64,000 nt of DNA from Candidatus Nomurabacteria bacterium (GTDB lineage: Bacteria > Patescibacteriota > Minisyncoccia > Phycocordibacterales > UBA9973), in NCBI GenBank assembly GCA_943348755.1, contig CALQYS010000001.1, forward strand, positions 69,963 through 133,962, given 5' to 3'. A program made the translations under genes and the position numbers. Positions 20,194 to 30,937 of this stretch are shown piece by piece (positions within the stretch are counted from its first letter, which is position 1; each line of letters opens with the position of its first letter). The notes under the pieces are model-generated. The model did no database searches. It had not been told where the DNA came from and was given only the letters and a program-made list of their open reading frames with translations.

Positions 20194-21128
20194 TATATTT
20201 TATATTTCTTTAAATTATTCTCTATTCTTTTTAAAGTATCTTCTCCTTCGTTGATTTGGAACTTTTCTCCCGTTATCTGTTCATATATTTTAATGTATCG
20301 ACGAGAGAGCTCGATCACCATATCGGTTGGAGCTTTGGGTAGTTTCTCGTCTTTATATGGATCACAATTTTCTTTAAACCATAAACGCAAGAATTCTTTA
20401 TCGAAATTTTCCGGTTCTAGACCTTTCTCTATCCTTTCTTTGTATGTATTTGCCTGCCAGTAGCGGGAAGAGTCTGGAGTGTGGATCTCATCTATCAGCA
20501 TGACTTTACCATCAGGCGTGAGTCCGAATTCATATTTGGTGTCTACTAGTATTAGTCCCCTTGTTAAGGCAATTTCCTGTCCACGAGCGAAAAGTTTCAA
20601 AGATATATCGCAGACCTGTTTCCAAATTTCTGGTTTCATCATTTTTTCTTCTAAAATGATTTTACTTGTCAGCGGGCGGTCATGAGCTTCAAACTTGGTA
20701 GTTGGAGTGATAATTGGCACATCGAGCTTTTGATTTTTCTTTATGCCCTCTTTAAGGGTCATATCTCCAAAAACTCTTTCCCCCTTTTGATACAAGGTCC
20801 AGATAGATGTGCCCGTCACTCCGGTGATATATCCACGCACAACCATCTCGACTGGCAGCACGGTGCATTTCTTGCCGACGACGACGTTCGGATCAGGGAA
20901 ATCAATGGCGTGATTTTGCACTATGTCTTTGGTATTTTCGAACCAGAATTTACTGATCTGAGTCAATACTTGGCCTTTGTATGGCACTAGGGCTAAATTT
21001 CTATCAAAAGCAGAATACCTGTCAGTTGAAATCATAATAACCTTATCTTTTTGATTGTAGACGTCGCGTACTTTACCGACATATTTTTCCCCTAAGTTTT
21101 TAAAATCTGTTTTTTCTAGAATGTTCAT
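20193..21128 (-). CDS. purC: SAICAR synthetase
   Basis: GKVRDVY, TDR.SAFD, PVE.VVRGY.TG, DTKYEFG, DEIHTPDSSR, DKEF.R. Confidence 0.97.
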   Translation of the reverse strand: MNILEKTDFKNLGEKYVGKVRDVYNQKDKVIMISTDRYSAFDRNLALVPYKGQVLTQISKFWFENTKDIVQNHAIDFPDPNVVVGKKCTVLPVEMVVRGYITGVTGTSIWTLYQKGERVFGDMTLKEGIKKNQKLDVPIITPTTKFEAHDRPLTSKIILEEKMMKPEIWKQVCDISLKLFARGQEIALTRGLILVDTKYEFGLTPDGKVMLIDEIHTPDSSRYWQANTYKERIEKGLEPENFDKEFLRLWFKENCDPYKDEKLPKAPTDMVIELSRRYIKIYEQITGEKFQINEGEDTLKRIENNLKKYKI

Positions 21129-21164
21129 AACGCAGAGTAATTTGATTTTTCTTTTATAATCATA

Positions 21165-22208
21165 TTAATTAAACCAATTTAATACTTCTTTTAAAATGAC
21201 CTGCTTATTCCCTTTCACTACTCTACCTATTTCGTAGCTCTCCACACCGCACTTTTTCAGGTGGCTCTGTATTGTATCTACAAAATCTTTCTTCACCACT
21301 GCCGTCATGCCTACTCCCATATTAAATGTCCTCATCATATCATTATCTTCCAGATCCCCAAATTTTTTCAATACCTTAAAAATGTTCAAAATTTTGATTT
21401 TACCGATATCAATCTCCGCATTTAAATTCTCAGGCAAGATTCTATTCAAATTTTCTTTTATTCCGCCTCCTGTGATGTGTGCGAGTCCTACCAATCCGTC
21501 GTTTCCAAACAAATCCTTCAAGCAGTTGTAGTAGCCAAAATGTGGAGTGAGGATACTTTCTATAAAATTCTTGCCATCAACTTTTTCTTTTAAAATTTCT
21601 GGACTCTTCTCCATTATTTTCTGCACAAGGGAGAAGCCATTTGTATGTATGCCTCTTGAAGCTAGACCCAAGACCACATCTCCTTCTTGTATTTTAGAGC
21701 CGTCGATTATTTTTTTCTTTTCTACCACGCCTACGATGCTAGCGGTCAAAATGTAAGTTCCTATGGCAAGTACACTCGGCTGTTCCGAGGTCTCGCCTCC
21801 AGTCAATACGCAGTCATTTTCTTTACATGCTTTAGAAAAAGCGGAAACCATTTTTAGGATTATTTCTTTGTCTATTTTCCCGCAGACGATGCAGTCTTGG
21901 ACAGATAGGGGTTTGGCTCCCATGACTATTGCATCATTAACTAGGTGATTTATTAAATCAAAACAAATGGTGTCTATACTTCTATGTTTTAAGGCCAACT
22001 TTTGCTTTGAGCCGGGCTCTTCTGTCTTAAACACTAGCACCGGTTCTTGATATTCAGGAAAAGATCCGTCGAACAAAGTAGCAAAAGCGCCTGCTTTGTT
22101 CAGCACGCGCGCATTTCCACTATTATTTAAACTTTTAGCCATTTCATTTTTCGTCGCATTGGCTTTGTCTATATCAACTCCTGAAGTTTTATACGACAAT
22201 TTCGGCAT
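21165..22208 (-). CDS. purM: AIR synthetase
   Basis: Y..SGVDI, GGETSE.P, G.HTNGFSL, AHITGGG...N..R, RTFNMGVG; start MPKLSY. Confidence 0.95.
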   Translation of the reverse strand: MPKLSYKTSGVDIDKANATKNEMAKSLNNSGNARVLNKAGAFATLFDGSFPEYQEPVLVFKTEEPGSKQKLALKHRSIDTICFDLINHLVNDAIVMGAKPLSVQDCIVCGKIDKEIILKMVSAFSKACKENDCVLTGGETSEQPSVLAIGTYILTASIVGVVEKKKIIDGSKIQEGDVVLGLASRGIHTNGFSLVQKIMEKSPEILKEKVDGKNFIESILTPHFGYYNCLKDLFGNDGLVGLAHITGGGIKENLNRILPENLNAEIDIGKIKILNIFKVLKKFGDLEDNDMMRTFNMGVGMTAVVKKDFVDTIQSHLKKCGVESYEIGRVVKGNKQVILKEVLNWFN

Positions 22209-22209
22209 T

Positions 22210-22731
22210 TTATTTATTCTGAAGATATTGCTTGTATCCAACTTTTGAAAGCTTCTCCCCCTTCGTCTCTATCTCTTTGCTCATCTTTTCTTTGTAAGCG
22301 ATCAATTTTCTCTCTAAATCTTTATCAGACAAGGCGAGCATCTGTACAGCCAAAATACCAGCGTTTTTACCTCCATTTATCCCAACGGTGGCGACAGGCA
22401 CCCCGGGAGGCATCCCCACTGTAGAGAGGAGTGAATCAAGTCCGTCTAGACTTTTGGTTTTTATTGGAATTCCTATTACAGGTAGAGTAGTGAGTGAAGA
22501 TACTACACCAGCCAAATGAGCTGCTCCCCCTGCACCCGCAATAATTATTTTTAATCCACGATCTTTTACATTAGTTACATATTTATGCACGATCTCGGGA
22601 GAGCGATGCGCCGAAGCGACTGTGATCTCATAAGACACTCCGAACTCTTCCAGCACTTTCGCTGCCTCAGACATCACTTCTAGATCTGAATCCGAACCCA
22701 TGAGTATGGAAACCTTTGTGTCTTTTTTCAT
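22210..22731 (-). CDS. purE: N5-CAIR mutase / AIR carboxylase
   Basis: MGSDSD, SAHRSP, AGGAAHL, GLDSLLS...MP.GVPVATV. Confidence 0.97.
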   Translation of the reverse strand: MKKDTKVSILMGSDSDLEVMSEAAKVLEEFGVSYEITVASAHRSPEIVHKYVTNVKDRGLKIIIAGAGGAAHLAGVVSSLTTLPVIGIPIKTKSLDGLDSLLSTVGMPPGVPVATVGINGGKNAGILAVQMLALSDKDLERKLIAYKEKMSKEIETKGEKLSKVGYKQYLQNK

Positions 22732-22780
22732 TTGCTCTATCTTATCATTTTTTTAATTTAAAACAACCTAAAAACTAGCT

Positions 22781-22832
22781 TAAAACGAAAAGGACCCTGC
22801 ATCGCGCGATGCGCGCAATGCAGGGTATCCTT
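22781..22832 (-). terminator. Intrinsic terminator of orphan cassette 1
   Basis: Minus strand AAGGA-ta-ccctgcat...atgcaggg-TCCTTTTCGTTTTA. Confidence 0.75.
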
Positions 22833-22897
22833 GGTCGATCAGACGATTTCTCGTCCGGCCCAGAATCTACGTCTGAGCTCGGTGATGTGAGGCAGGC

Positions 22898-23566
22898 TTA
22901 CGCCGCCTGCAATGTGCCCTCACCACGGCTGGCCGGCTGGGGTTCGGTGGGCGCGTAGCCTTGTTCGGCGGTGCCGGGATCACCAGCAGGTCCAGCGGGC
23001 AGCTGATCGGCGTCACCAGGTTTGGCGGTCACAGTGGTGTTCTCAGCGCCGAGTTCTTCGCGGAGCTGCGGCGTAGCGGCCGGCTTCAAGAAATGCCTCG
23101 CCGCCAGTTCGTGGAACTTCGTCGCATCAATGAGCGGGTTGATGGCCGCCGCGTGAGTGATGCCGGTCAAGTTGAGGCTAAATTCTGCCTCGATGCCTGC
23201 GATCGTGGGGGCGTCGAATTCATAGCCTCCCGCGAATGCGTTCCATTTTCCGCGCTCAGTCACGTCGTCGAGTAAGTTGCCTTCTTGGCCCCGGATCCAC
23301 GCCAGGAACTCCGGAAACGACGGCAGGTGGTCGAGCGAGGTGATCCACTGGTTCAGGGCTTCACGCTTCACGTTCAAGCCCCGGGTCTTGTCCTGGTAGC
23401 CCTCGAGGATGAGCAGGTCGAACCCGTCACCGCGGCCCCATTCGTCAACCGTGGCCTTGATCATCTCGATCAGGATCTTCTGCCACAGGCGCAGGAGGTG
23501 GGCCCAACCAGTGAACACATCGGCAAAGCCAGACGGATGCAGCGGGAGTAGTTGTAGTGTTTTCAT
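22898..23566 (-). CDS. GC-rich orphan hypothetical protein
   Basis: 222-aa ORF visibly much more GC-rich than its neighbours, with its own promoter, leader and terminator; Pro/Ala/Gly-rich tail. Confidence 0.65.
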   Translation of the reverse strand: MKTLQLLPLHPSGFADVFTGWAHLLRLWQKILIEMIKATVDEWGRGDGFDLLILEGYQDKTRGLNVKREALNQWITSLDHLPSFPEFLAWIRGQEGNLLDDVTERGKWNAFAGGYEFDAPTIAGIEAEFSLNLTGITHAAAINPLIDATKFHELAARHFLKPAATPQLREELGAENTTVTAKPGDADQLPAGPAGDPGTAEQGYAPTEPQPASRGEGTLQAA

Positions 23567-23629
23567 GCGTTTGTTTTTGTTGTATGTTTCTGATGACCAT
23601 CACGCGAACCTAAGTGGGTCCGTTTGTTG

Positions 23630-23751
23630 TGTGACAGTCAGCCAAATTACGATGTATTTACATGCATAATCTCGCCGACTGCCACAAATTTCACATCAAT
23701 TTTAAAGAACAAATAACTACGTTATATTACATTTTTTTGCTATTTTGTCAA
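23630..23751 (-). promoter_or_regulatory. Sigma70 promoter, boxA-like motif and leader hairpin (cassette 1)
   Basis: TTGACA(23751-23746)-16 nt-TAATAT; TGTTCTTTAAAA (23711-23700); long G-U-containing hairpin 23686-23630. Confidence 0.7.
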
Positions 23752-23764
23752 TATTGGATGGGTC

Positions 23765-23815
23765 TAAAACGAAAAGGAGCCGGCATACGATTAGAACGTA
23801 GTCCGGCTTCTCCTT
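23765..23815 (-). terminator. Intrinsic terminator of orphan cassette 2
   Basis: Minus strand AAGGA-ga-agccgg...ccggc-TCCTTTTCGTTTTA; same 14-nt tail as terminator 1. Confidence 0.75.
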
Positions 23816-23852
23816 GAGAGTTAATTAGTAACCCCCACAACTGTTTCTCGGT

Positions 23853-24026
23853 TCACGCCGAGTACATGTTCAGGAACAAGACGAGAATGCCCGTTCCTAG
23901 ATACACCAAACCTAAACCCATCCCAGTCACGAGGACTGGGAAGAGGATGGGGTGTTTCCTCCACCACAGGCGAAGCGCATACAAATGCAGCGTCTCGTCG
24001 ACCATCAACATTAGTTCTTCTTTCAT
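23853..24026 (-). CDS. 57-aa single-TM peptide (not in ORF track)
   Basis: MKEELMLMVDETLHLYALRLWWRKHPILFPVLVTGMGLGLVYLGTGILVLFLNMYSA; third ORF of cassette 2. Confidence 0.6.
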   Translation of the reverse strand: MKEELMLMVDETLHLYALRLWWRKHPILFPVLVTGMGLGLVYLGTGILVLFLNMYSA

Positions 24027-24038
24027 AGCTTTCGTGGG

Positions 24039-24143
24039 TTAATTTTTAATCACCTCCAACAATGCCAGGAATACGATTCCGGCAAATGCCAGCCCCAAGA
24101 GTAAGGGGCACCAAAACCCATATCGACGGATTATTTTTTCCAT
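24039..24143 (-). CDS. 34-aa single-TM peptide (not in ORF track)
   Basis: MEKIIRRYGFWCPLLLGLAFAGIVFLALLEVIKN, preceded by AAGGAG. Confidence 0.6.
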   Translation of the reverse strand: MEKIIRRYGFWCPLLLGLAFAGIVFLALLEVIKN

Positions 24144-24164
24144 ATTCTCCTTTTGGTTGTTGAG

Positions 24165-24263
24165 TTACCAGTGATTCTTAAGCCACACCGTTCCTGCTAT
24201 CAAGAGAACAAGCAGGACGAGACCAATTGTATGAGGAAGTGCAAACTCCTTGAATTGTTTCAT
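24165..24263 (-). CDS. 32-aa single-TM peptide
   Basis: MKQFKEFALPHTIGLVLLVLLIAGTVWLKNHW, first ATG after the leader hairpin and A/C-rich tract. Confidence 0.6.
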   Translation of the reverse strand: MKQFKEFALPHTIGLVLLVLLIAGTVWLKNHW

Positions 24264-24289
24264 TGTGAGTGCATTGTTTTGTTTTTTTA

Positions 24290-24413
24290 GTTTAGCTACG
24301 GAATACAAATTACAAAAAAATAAGCTGTATTCCACAGCCAAACACAACGTGAACCAAATTTTTAAAGAACCATCTTACCCTTGTATTATATACTTTTTTA
24401 AGCCAAAAGTCAA
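24290..24413 (-). promoter_or_regulatory. Sigma70 promoter, boxA-like motif and leader hairpin (cassette 2)
   Basis: TTGACT(24413-24408)-17 nt-TATAAT; GGTTCTTTAAAA (24371-24360); 18-bp hairpin stem with G-U pairs 24343-24290. Confidence 0.78.
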
Positions 24414-24427
24414 TAGAACCTTAAATC

Positions 24428-25966
24428 TTAATGCTTAAAATGTCTAAATCCAGTAGCCACCATCGCCATATTGTAGGTATTCGCCATATCTATGGATGCT
24501 TGGTCGTTCTTTGAGCCTCCGGGCTGGATGACAGCCGTGACGCCCATCTTGCCTGCTAGCTCTACGCAGTCTGGAAATGGAAAGAACGCCTCAGAGGAAA
24601 GCACTGAGCCGTTGAGCGAGAACCCAAACTTCCCTGCTTTATCTATAGCTTGCTTGAGCGCATCAATTCGAGAAGTCTGTCCACAACCCATGGCAAGCAG
24701 TGTGCCGTCTTTGACGAGGGCGACAGAGTTCGACTTTAAATGTTTTGTAGCAATGGCTGCGATGAGTAAATCCTTTTTCTCGGACTCTGTCGGCGCGCGC
24801 TTGGTCGTTACTTTCAGGTCTCCTTCAGTCTCTACATGAGTGTCTCTATCTTGAATAAGTAATCCATTAAAACAAGTACGGACTTGTCTGTTCGGGAACA
24901 TAGGATTCTTCCCCGCCTGCACCAGCTGTGCTGAAGGCATTGCGGGCAGGCATTTTAGAATCCTGCAATCCTTTTTCTCCATTAATATATCGAGAGCACC
25001 TTTTTCAAAGTCTGGAGCAATGATGACTTCGATAAAAAGCTTTTGCTTTTTAATTAGTTTTGCTATATCTTCGGTTATTGTCCTGTTCCCTGCCAATATT
25101 CCACCGAAAGCCGACAATGGGTCTGCATTATAAGCTGCCTTGTATGCTTCAAAAAGTTTGCCTTCGGGTCGCACCGCCAGACCGCATGCATTCATGTGCT
25201 TGATAATGACGAAAGCTGGATCTGTAAAATCACTTACTGCAAGTATTGCTGCTTCTGTGTCTATTAAATTATTAAAAGAAAGTTCTTTGCCATGAAGCTG
25301 GGTGAAGCTCTCAGCGAGACTGCCGACGAATTCTGCTTTTTGGTGCGGGTTCTCTCCGTAGCGGAGCTCGGTGCCTTGGAAGTATCCGCGGATAGCGCTG
25401 TCGTAATGGCTTGTCACTTCAAATGCGTTACCAGCAAACTTCTTGCGCTCTTCTAGGGTTGTCTCATTTCCCTTTTTTAAAATGTCAGCTAGTTCTGCGT
25501 ATTGATTCTTGGAAGGTATAACCACTACGTCATTGAAATTCTTCGCGGCCGCACGAATTAGAGATATTCCGCCGATGTCTATCTTCTCTATTATCTCCTC
25601 TTCTGTTCCGCCCTGATTGTTTCTTTTGGCCAGAGTTTCTTCAAATGGATATAGGTCCACTATCACGAGGTCTATGTCTTCGATCTTGTGTTTAGCCTTT
25701 TCTTTTTGATCGTCTGTATTGTCTCGGCGATTTAAAATCCCACCAAAGATTTGTGGTTGAAGCGTCTTTACCCTTCCACCAAAAAGCGCTGGATAGTTAG
25801 TAATGGATTCGACTTCAGTGACAGACACACCTAATTTACGAATAAATTCTGCCGTCCCACCAGTCGAAATGATTTTGACGTCCTGTTTAGCGAGGAGCTT
25901 TACTATCTCGTCCAGCCCGTCTTTATTAAAAACCGAAATCAGCGCTGAGTTAATCTTCTTTTTCAT
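24428..25966 (-). CDS. purH: Bifunctional AICAR transformylase/IMP cyclohydrolase, with 13-codon palindromic insert
   Basis: ALISV..K, STGGT, GRVKTL, IDIGG.SL.RAAAKN, LRYGENPHQ, KH.N.CG, KSN, GQ.SR, FFPF, IQPGGS, RHFKH. Confidence 0.96.
   Translation of the reverse strand: MKKKINSALISVFNKDGLDEIVKLLAKQDVKIISTGGTAEFIRKLGVSVTEVESITNYPALFGGRVKTLQPQIFGGILNRRDNTDDQKEKAKHKIEDIDLVIVDLYPFEETLAKRNNQGGTEEEIIEKIDIGGISLIRAAAKNFNDVVVIPSKNQYAELADILKKGNETTLEERKKFAGNAFEVTSHYDSAIRGYFQGTELRYGENPHQKAEFVGSLAESFTQLHGKELSFNNLIDTEAAILAVSDFTDPAFVIIKHMNACGLAVRPEGKLFEAYKAAYNADPLSAFGGILAGNRTITEDIAKLIKKQKLFIEVIIAPDFEKGALDILMEKKDCRILKCLPAMPSAQLVQAGKNPMFPNRQVRTCFNGLLIQDRDTHVETEGDLKVTTKRAPTESEKKDLLIAAIATKHLKSNSVALVKDGTLLAMGCGQTSRIDALKQAIDKAGKFGFSLNGSVLSSEAFFPFPDCVELAGKMGVTAVIQPGGSKNDQASIDMANTYNMAMVATGFRHFKH
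24912..24950. repeat. 39-bp in-frame palindromic element in purH (LPAMPSAQLVQAG)
   Basis: cccgcctgca...tgcgggcagg termini, near-identical to those of the purL insert. Confidence 0.75.
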
Positions 25967-25993
25967 TGAGGGCATTTTAGCACAATAGTATCA

Positions 25994-27535
25994 TTACTCA
26001 AATTCTGTCGTAGCGGGGGGTTTGGGGGTCATGTCGAAGAAGACGCGGACGATGTCTTTATGCTTGGTGAGAGCACTAGTGATCTCGTTTATAACGGCTT
26101 CTGGGAAGTAATAGCCTTTTGCAGTCATGAAGTCTACAGTCTGCACAGCGCGGACGGCTAGAGAGTGTCCATAGACGCGTTCATCCCCTTTTACTCCGAC
26201 GGAGTTTACACCTAGGAGGGCGACGATGAGCTGGGAGATTTCTTTATTCAAATTATGTTTCTTTAAAATATCGGCGACAGTCTCATCTGCTTCTCGTACA
26301 AGCTCGATGTTTTCTTTGGATACAGGTGTACCCACAACTCGCAGGAATAGTCCGGGGCCTGGAAAAGGATTCCTTTCATACACAGCTGGTGGGAGTTTCA
26401 ATACACGAGCGAGTTCGCGAACTTCGTATTTAAATAGATTTCTAAAAGGATGTAGGTCTTCCACTTCCCATGAAAGGCCGACGTTGTGGTGTGTCTTGAT
26501 CATGGCTGATTCTCCTGCTTTACCGCTCTCGATGATGTCTGTGGCGAGCGTTCCCTGTACGATGTAACCCGCTTGATGTTTCGCTATTTGTTCTTCAAAT
26601 TTTTGTTTGTATACTTCACGGAATTTTGCGCGTTTTTCTTCTCCATCTATCGTCGTGCCAATATTTTTTATAAATTCTTTCGCCGCGTCTATGATTACCA
26701 GATTTTTACTAGCGTTTTTACCTAAGGCACTCGTAGTGTTTGCCTTTAATTCTTCTACTTCGCCGGCTCGTAGCCCACCAGTGTCGATGGCGACGCATAT
26801 AAGTCTCTCATTTAAGACTGGCGCGAGCACTGCTGCGAGTGTCGTTGAGTCTACTCCGCCGGAAACGCCTAAGATTAAATTCTTTTTGTCTTTGCTCATG
26901 ATGTCCAAGACTTCTTTTTGTATTTCATGAATCAGATTTATCGGATCCCAGTCTTTTACACAACCAGAAAGGTCGAGGAAATTCTGGAGTATCTTTTTAC
27001 CTTCTTTGGTGTCTACCACTTCTGGGTGAAATTGTATGCCGAGCACTCGATTGTTTTTATCAGTCATGGCAGCCACTCCGCCGGATGTAGCGATAGAGGT
27101 AAAACTCTTTGGGAGTTTAGTAACTGTATCTCCATGACTTGCCCAGACTTCTGTCTTTTCTTTGATGCCTTTAAAAAGTGGATGCCCGGTGTCCGGAGTC
27201 ACTGTGGCTGGTCCGTATTCGCGGTGCGCGAGTGGACGCTCGACAGTGCCGCCGAGCTTGTGTGCGAGAAGCTGCATGCCATAGCACACGCCGAGGACAA
27301 AATATTTTTGGCCGGTAGTGTCGAGAGATTTTGGTAGTTCAGGTGTACCTTCACTATGCACGCTCCAGTGGCTGCCGGAGAGGATGACTGATTTTAGAGT
27401 ATTTTTCTTGAGCCAATCATCAGCCTTTATCGGAGGGAGTATGAGGCTGCGTACTCCGAGCTCGCGCAGAGTCCGCCCGATGACCAGCGTATATTGCGAG
27501 CCGTAATCCACGATCAGTATTTGTATACTATTCAT
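25994..27535 (-). CDS. guaA: GMP synthase (glutamine-hydrolysing)
   Basis: DYGSQYT, GVCYGMQ, QFHPEV, SGGVDS, IKTHHNVG, PFPGPGL, KPPATTEFE. Confidence 0.97.
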   Translation of the reverse strand: MNSIQILIVDYGSQYTLVIGRTLRELGVRSLILPPIKADDWLKKNTLKSVILSGSHWSVHSEGTPELPKSLDTTGQKYFVLGVCYGMQLLAHKLGGTVERPLAHREYGPATVTPDTGHPLFKGIKEKTEVWASHGDTVTKLPKSFTSIATSGGVAAMTDKNNRVLGIQFHPEVVDTKEGKKILQNFLDLSGCVKDWDPINLIHEIQKEVLDIMSKDKKNLILGVSGGVDSTTLAAVLAPVLNERLICVAIDTGGLRAGEVEELKANTTSALGKNASKNLVIIDAAKEFIKNIGTTIDGEEKRAKFREVYKQKFEEQIAKHQAGYIVQGTLATDIIESGKAGESAMIKTHHNVGLSWEVEDLHPFRNLFKYEVRELARVLKLPPAVYERNPFPGPGLFLRVVGTPVSKENIELVREADETVADILKKHNLNKEISQLIVALLGVNSVGVKGDERVYGHSLAVRAVQTVDFMTAKGYYFPEAVINEITSALTKHKDIVRVFFDMTPKPPATTEFE

Positions 27536-27545
27536 AATATGCTAG

Positions 27546-29059
<1,514 letters not shown>

Positions 29060-29060
<1 letters not shown>

Positions 29061-30397
29061 TGAAAGCTAAGAATAAAGTTAAATCAGGCTTCATCGACGT
29101 AGTGGTGGGTCTGCAGTGGGGCGATGAGGGTAAAGGTAAAAATATAGATGAGCTTCTCTCTCACGGAGCTTATACTGGAGTCGCACGTTTTCATGGCGGA
29201 GCAAATGCCGGTCATACTATTAAATTAGGAGATAAAACTTTTGTGGGGCACATCGTGCCTTCTGGTTGTTTTCATAAGAATATTGAATTGTATATCGGTA
29301 ATGGTGTTGTAGTCGATGCAGTTTCGTTAATCAAAGAGAAAAACGAAATTAAAAATTTAGGTTTTGATATCACAAAACGTCTTTATGTTTCGAATCGCGC
29401 AAAGTTAGTTTCGCACCTTCATCCTTTTTTAGACCAGGCTGATGAATATCGCCGAAATAAATTGGGGACAAAAGTAGGCACCACTTCGAGAGGCATTGGC
29501 CCAGCTTATAGTGATGTCCGAGCCAGGAGGGCTCTTCTCGTTGGAGATGTGTTATCACCGGATTTTGCCGAAAAAGAAGTTACCCTTTCTGAATTTCATA
29601 TGAATCTTTTGAATATGTATCAGGATAAATATGGTTTTGAAATTAATTTGGGAAAAATAAAAGAAGCGAAAGAAAAATGGGACGATGCCATAAAAGAACT
29701 CCGAAAGTTACAAATTTGTGACTTATCCTTACTTATACAAAGTAGACTTTCTAAAGGGAAAAATATCCTAGCTGAAGGCGCGCAAGCAATTATGCTCGAC
29801 ATAGACTTTGGTGATTATCCAAACGTCACCAGCAGCAATACCCTGCCAGCCAATGTTTGCCTCGGCCTCGGCGTACCCCATACGATGCTACGAGACGTCT
29901 ACGGCGTTATTAAGGCATATACAACAAAAGTAGGAGGTGGAAACTTTCCATCCAGAATGAAAGATCAAACTCTAGAAAAAGCCTTTCAGGACGCAGGGCA
30001 TGAATTTGGAGCTACCACCGGCCGGCCTCGGATGTGCGGCTGGCTTGACCTTTTCGCCCTTCGCCATGCCATCGTTCTCTCTGGCGCAAATAAAATTTTT
30101 ATCAATAAAGCGGATATTTGCTTGAGCGATAAAATAAAAGTGGTTACTGGATATAAAAGTAAGGGAAAAATTGTAAAAGAATTTCCACTTTATCTAAGCG
30201 ACGTCGCAGATGTCATAACCGAAGAAATGCCGGGTTGGGGTGATGCTAATTACGGGATCAATAAAAAACAAAAAACTTCTAAAGAACTTTCTTCATATTT
30301 AAAATACATAAAAGGTAAACTTTCCGATCTAAACGTCAAAATAATCTCCGTCGGCACCGGCCCAGACCGAGACCATTTCTTCAATTGGGAGAAGTAG
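29060..30397 (+). CDS. purA: Adenylosuccinate synthetase
   Basis: GLQWGDEGKGK, GGANAGHT, GTT.RGIGP.Y, EGAQ, TTGRPR.CGWLD. Confidence 0.97.
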
Positions 30398-30490
30398 ATC
30401 TAACTTGTAATTTATCTATAATATTGCATAATATTCTCAAACGAGGTCTTATACCTCAAAACAAACCGCAGTTCAGTAACGAAAACCTCT

Positions 30491-30820
30491 ATGAAAACGT
30501 TCTTTGTAAACCTTAATGCGTCGATTGACGTAAAAGCCGACAACTTCGTGGCAGGCTACCACAACCGTCCGATCATCCTTTTAGCAATGCTGCTTGTTGG
30601 AATAATGACCTTCCTTGGGGCCATTATGAACACGCTGTGTTTCTTTGGGATTATTCCGCCATTGCGGAATGACGAGTGGGCTGTATGGCATTACAGCTTT
30701 ACCACTCTCTCATTCCTTTGTCTGCCTTTGGTCGCTATGTGGTGGGTTCACATTTGCAGGAATGCTTCTTGGCATCTCTACCATTGCATGGATAAAACAC
30801 TTGGAGACTTTGTGGACTGA
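30491..30820 (+). CDS. Orphan two-TM membrane protein
   Basis: 109-aa ORF with two hydrophobic segments, A/C-rich leader and its own downstream terminator. Confidence 0.6.
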   Translation: MKTFFVNLNASIDVKADNFVAGYHNRPIILLAMLLVGIMTFLGAIMNTLCFFGIIPPLRNDEWAVWHYSFTTLSFLCLPLVAMWWVHICRNASWHLYHCMDKTLGDFVD

Positions 30821-30838
30821 GTCCCATGCTGAATCATT

Positions 30839-30883
30839 AATCGCCCAAACGATGAGGAATCGTCCGAGGGCGATTTTTCATTT
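30839..30883 (+). terminator. Intrinsic terminator
   Basis: aatcgccc-(acgat/atcgt inner stem)-gggcgatt followed by tttcattt. Confidence 0.7.
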
Positions 30884-30937
30884 CTGCTTAGCTTCCCTAG
30901 ATTATCATATATGATATGTTAAGGAATTATTAGTGCG

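Noticed and set aside
22961-23669. Plus-strand ORFs over the GC-rich gene
   Set aside because: Expected antisense open frames in GC-rich DNA; promoter and terminator support the minus strand
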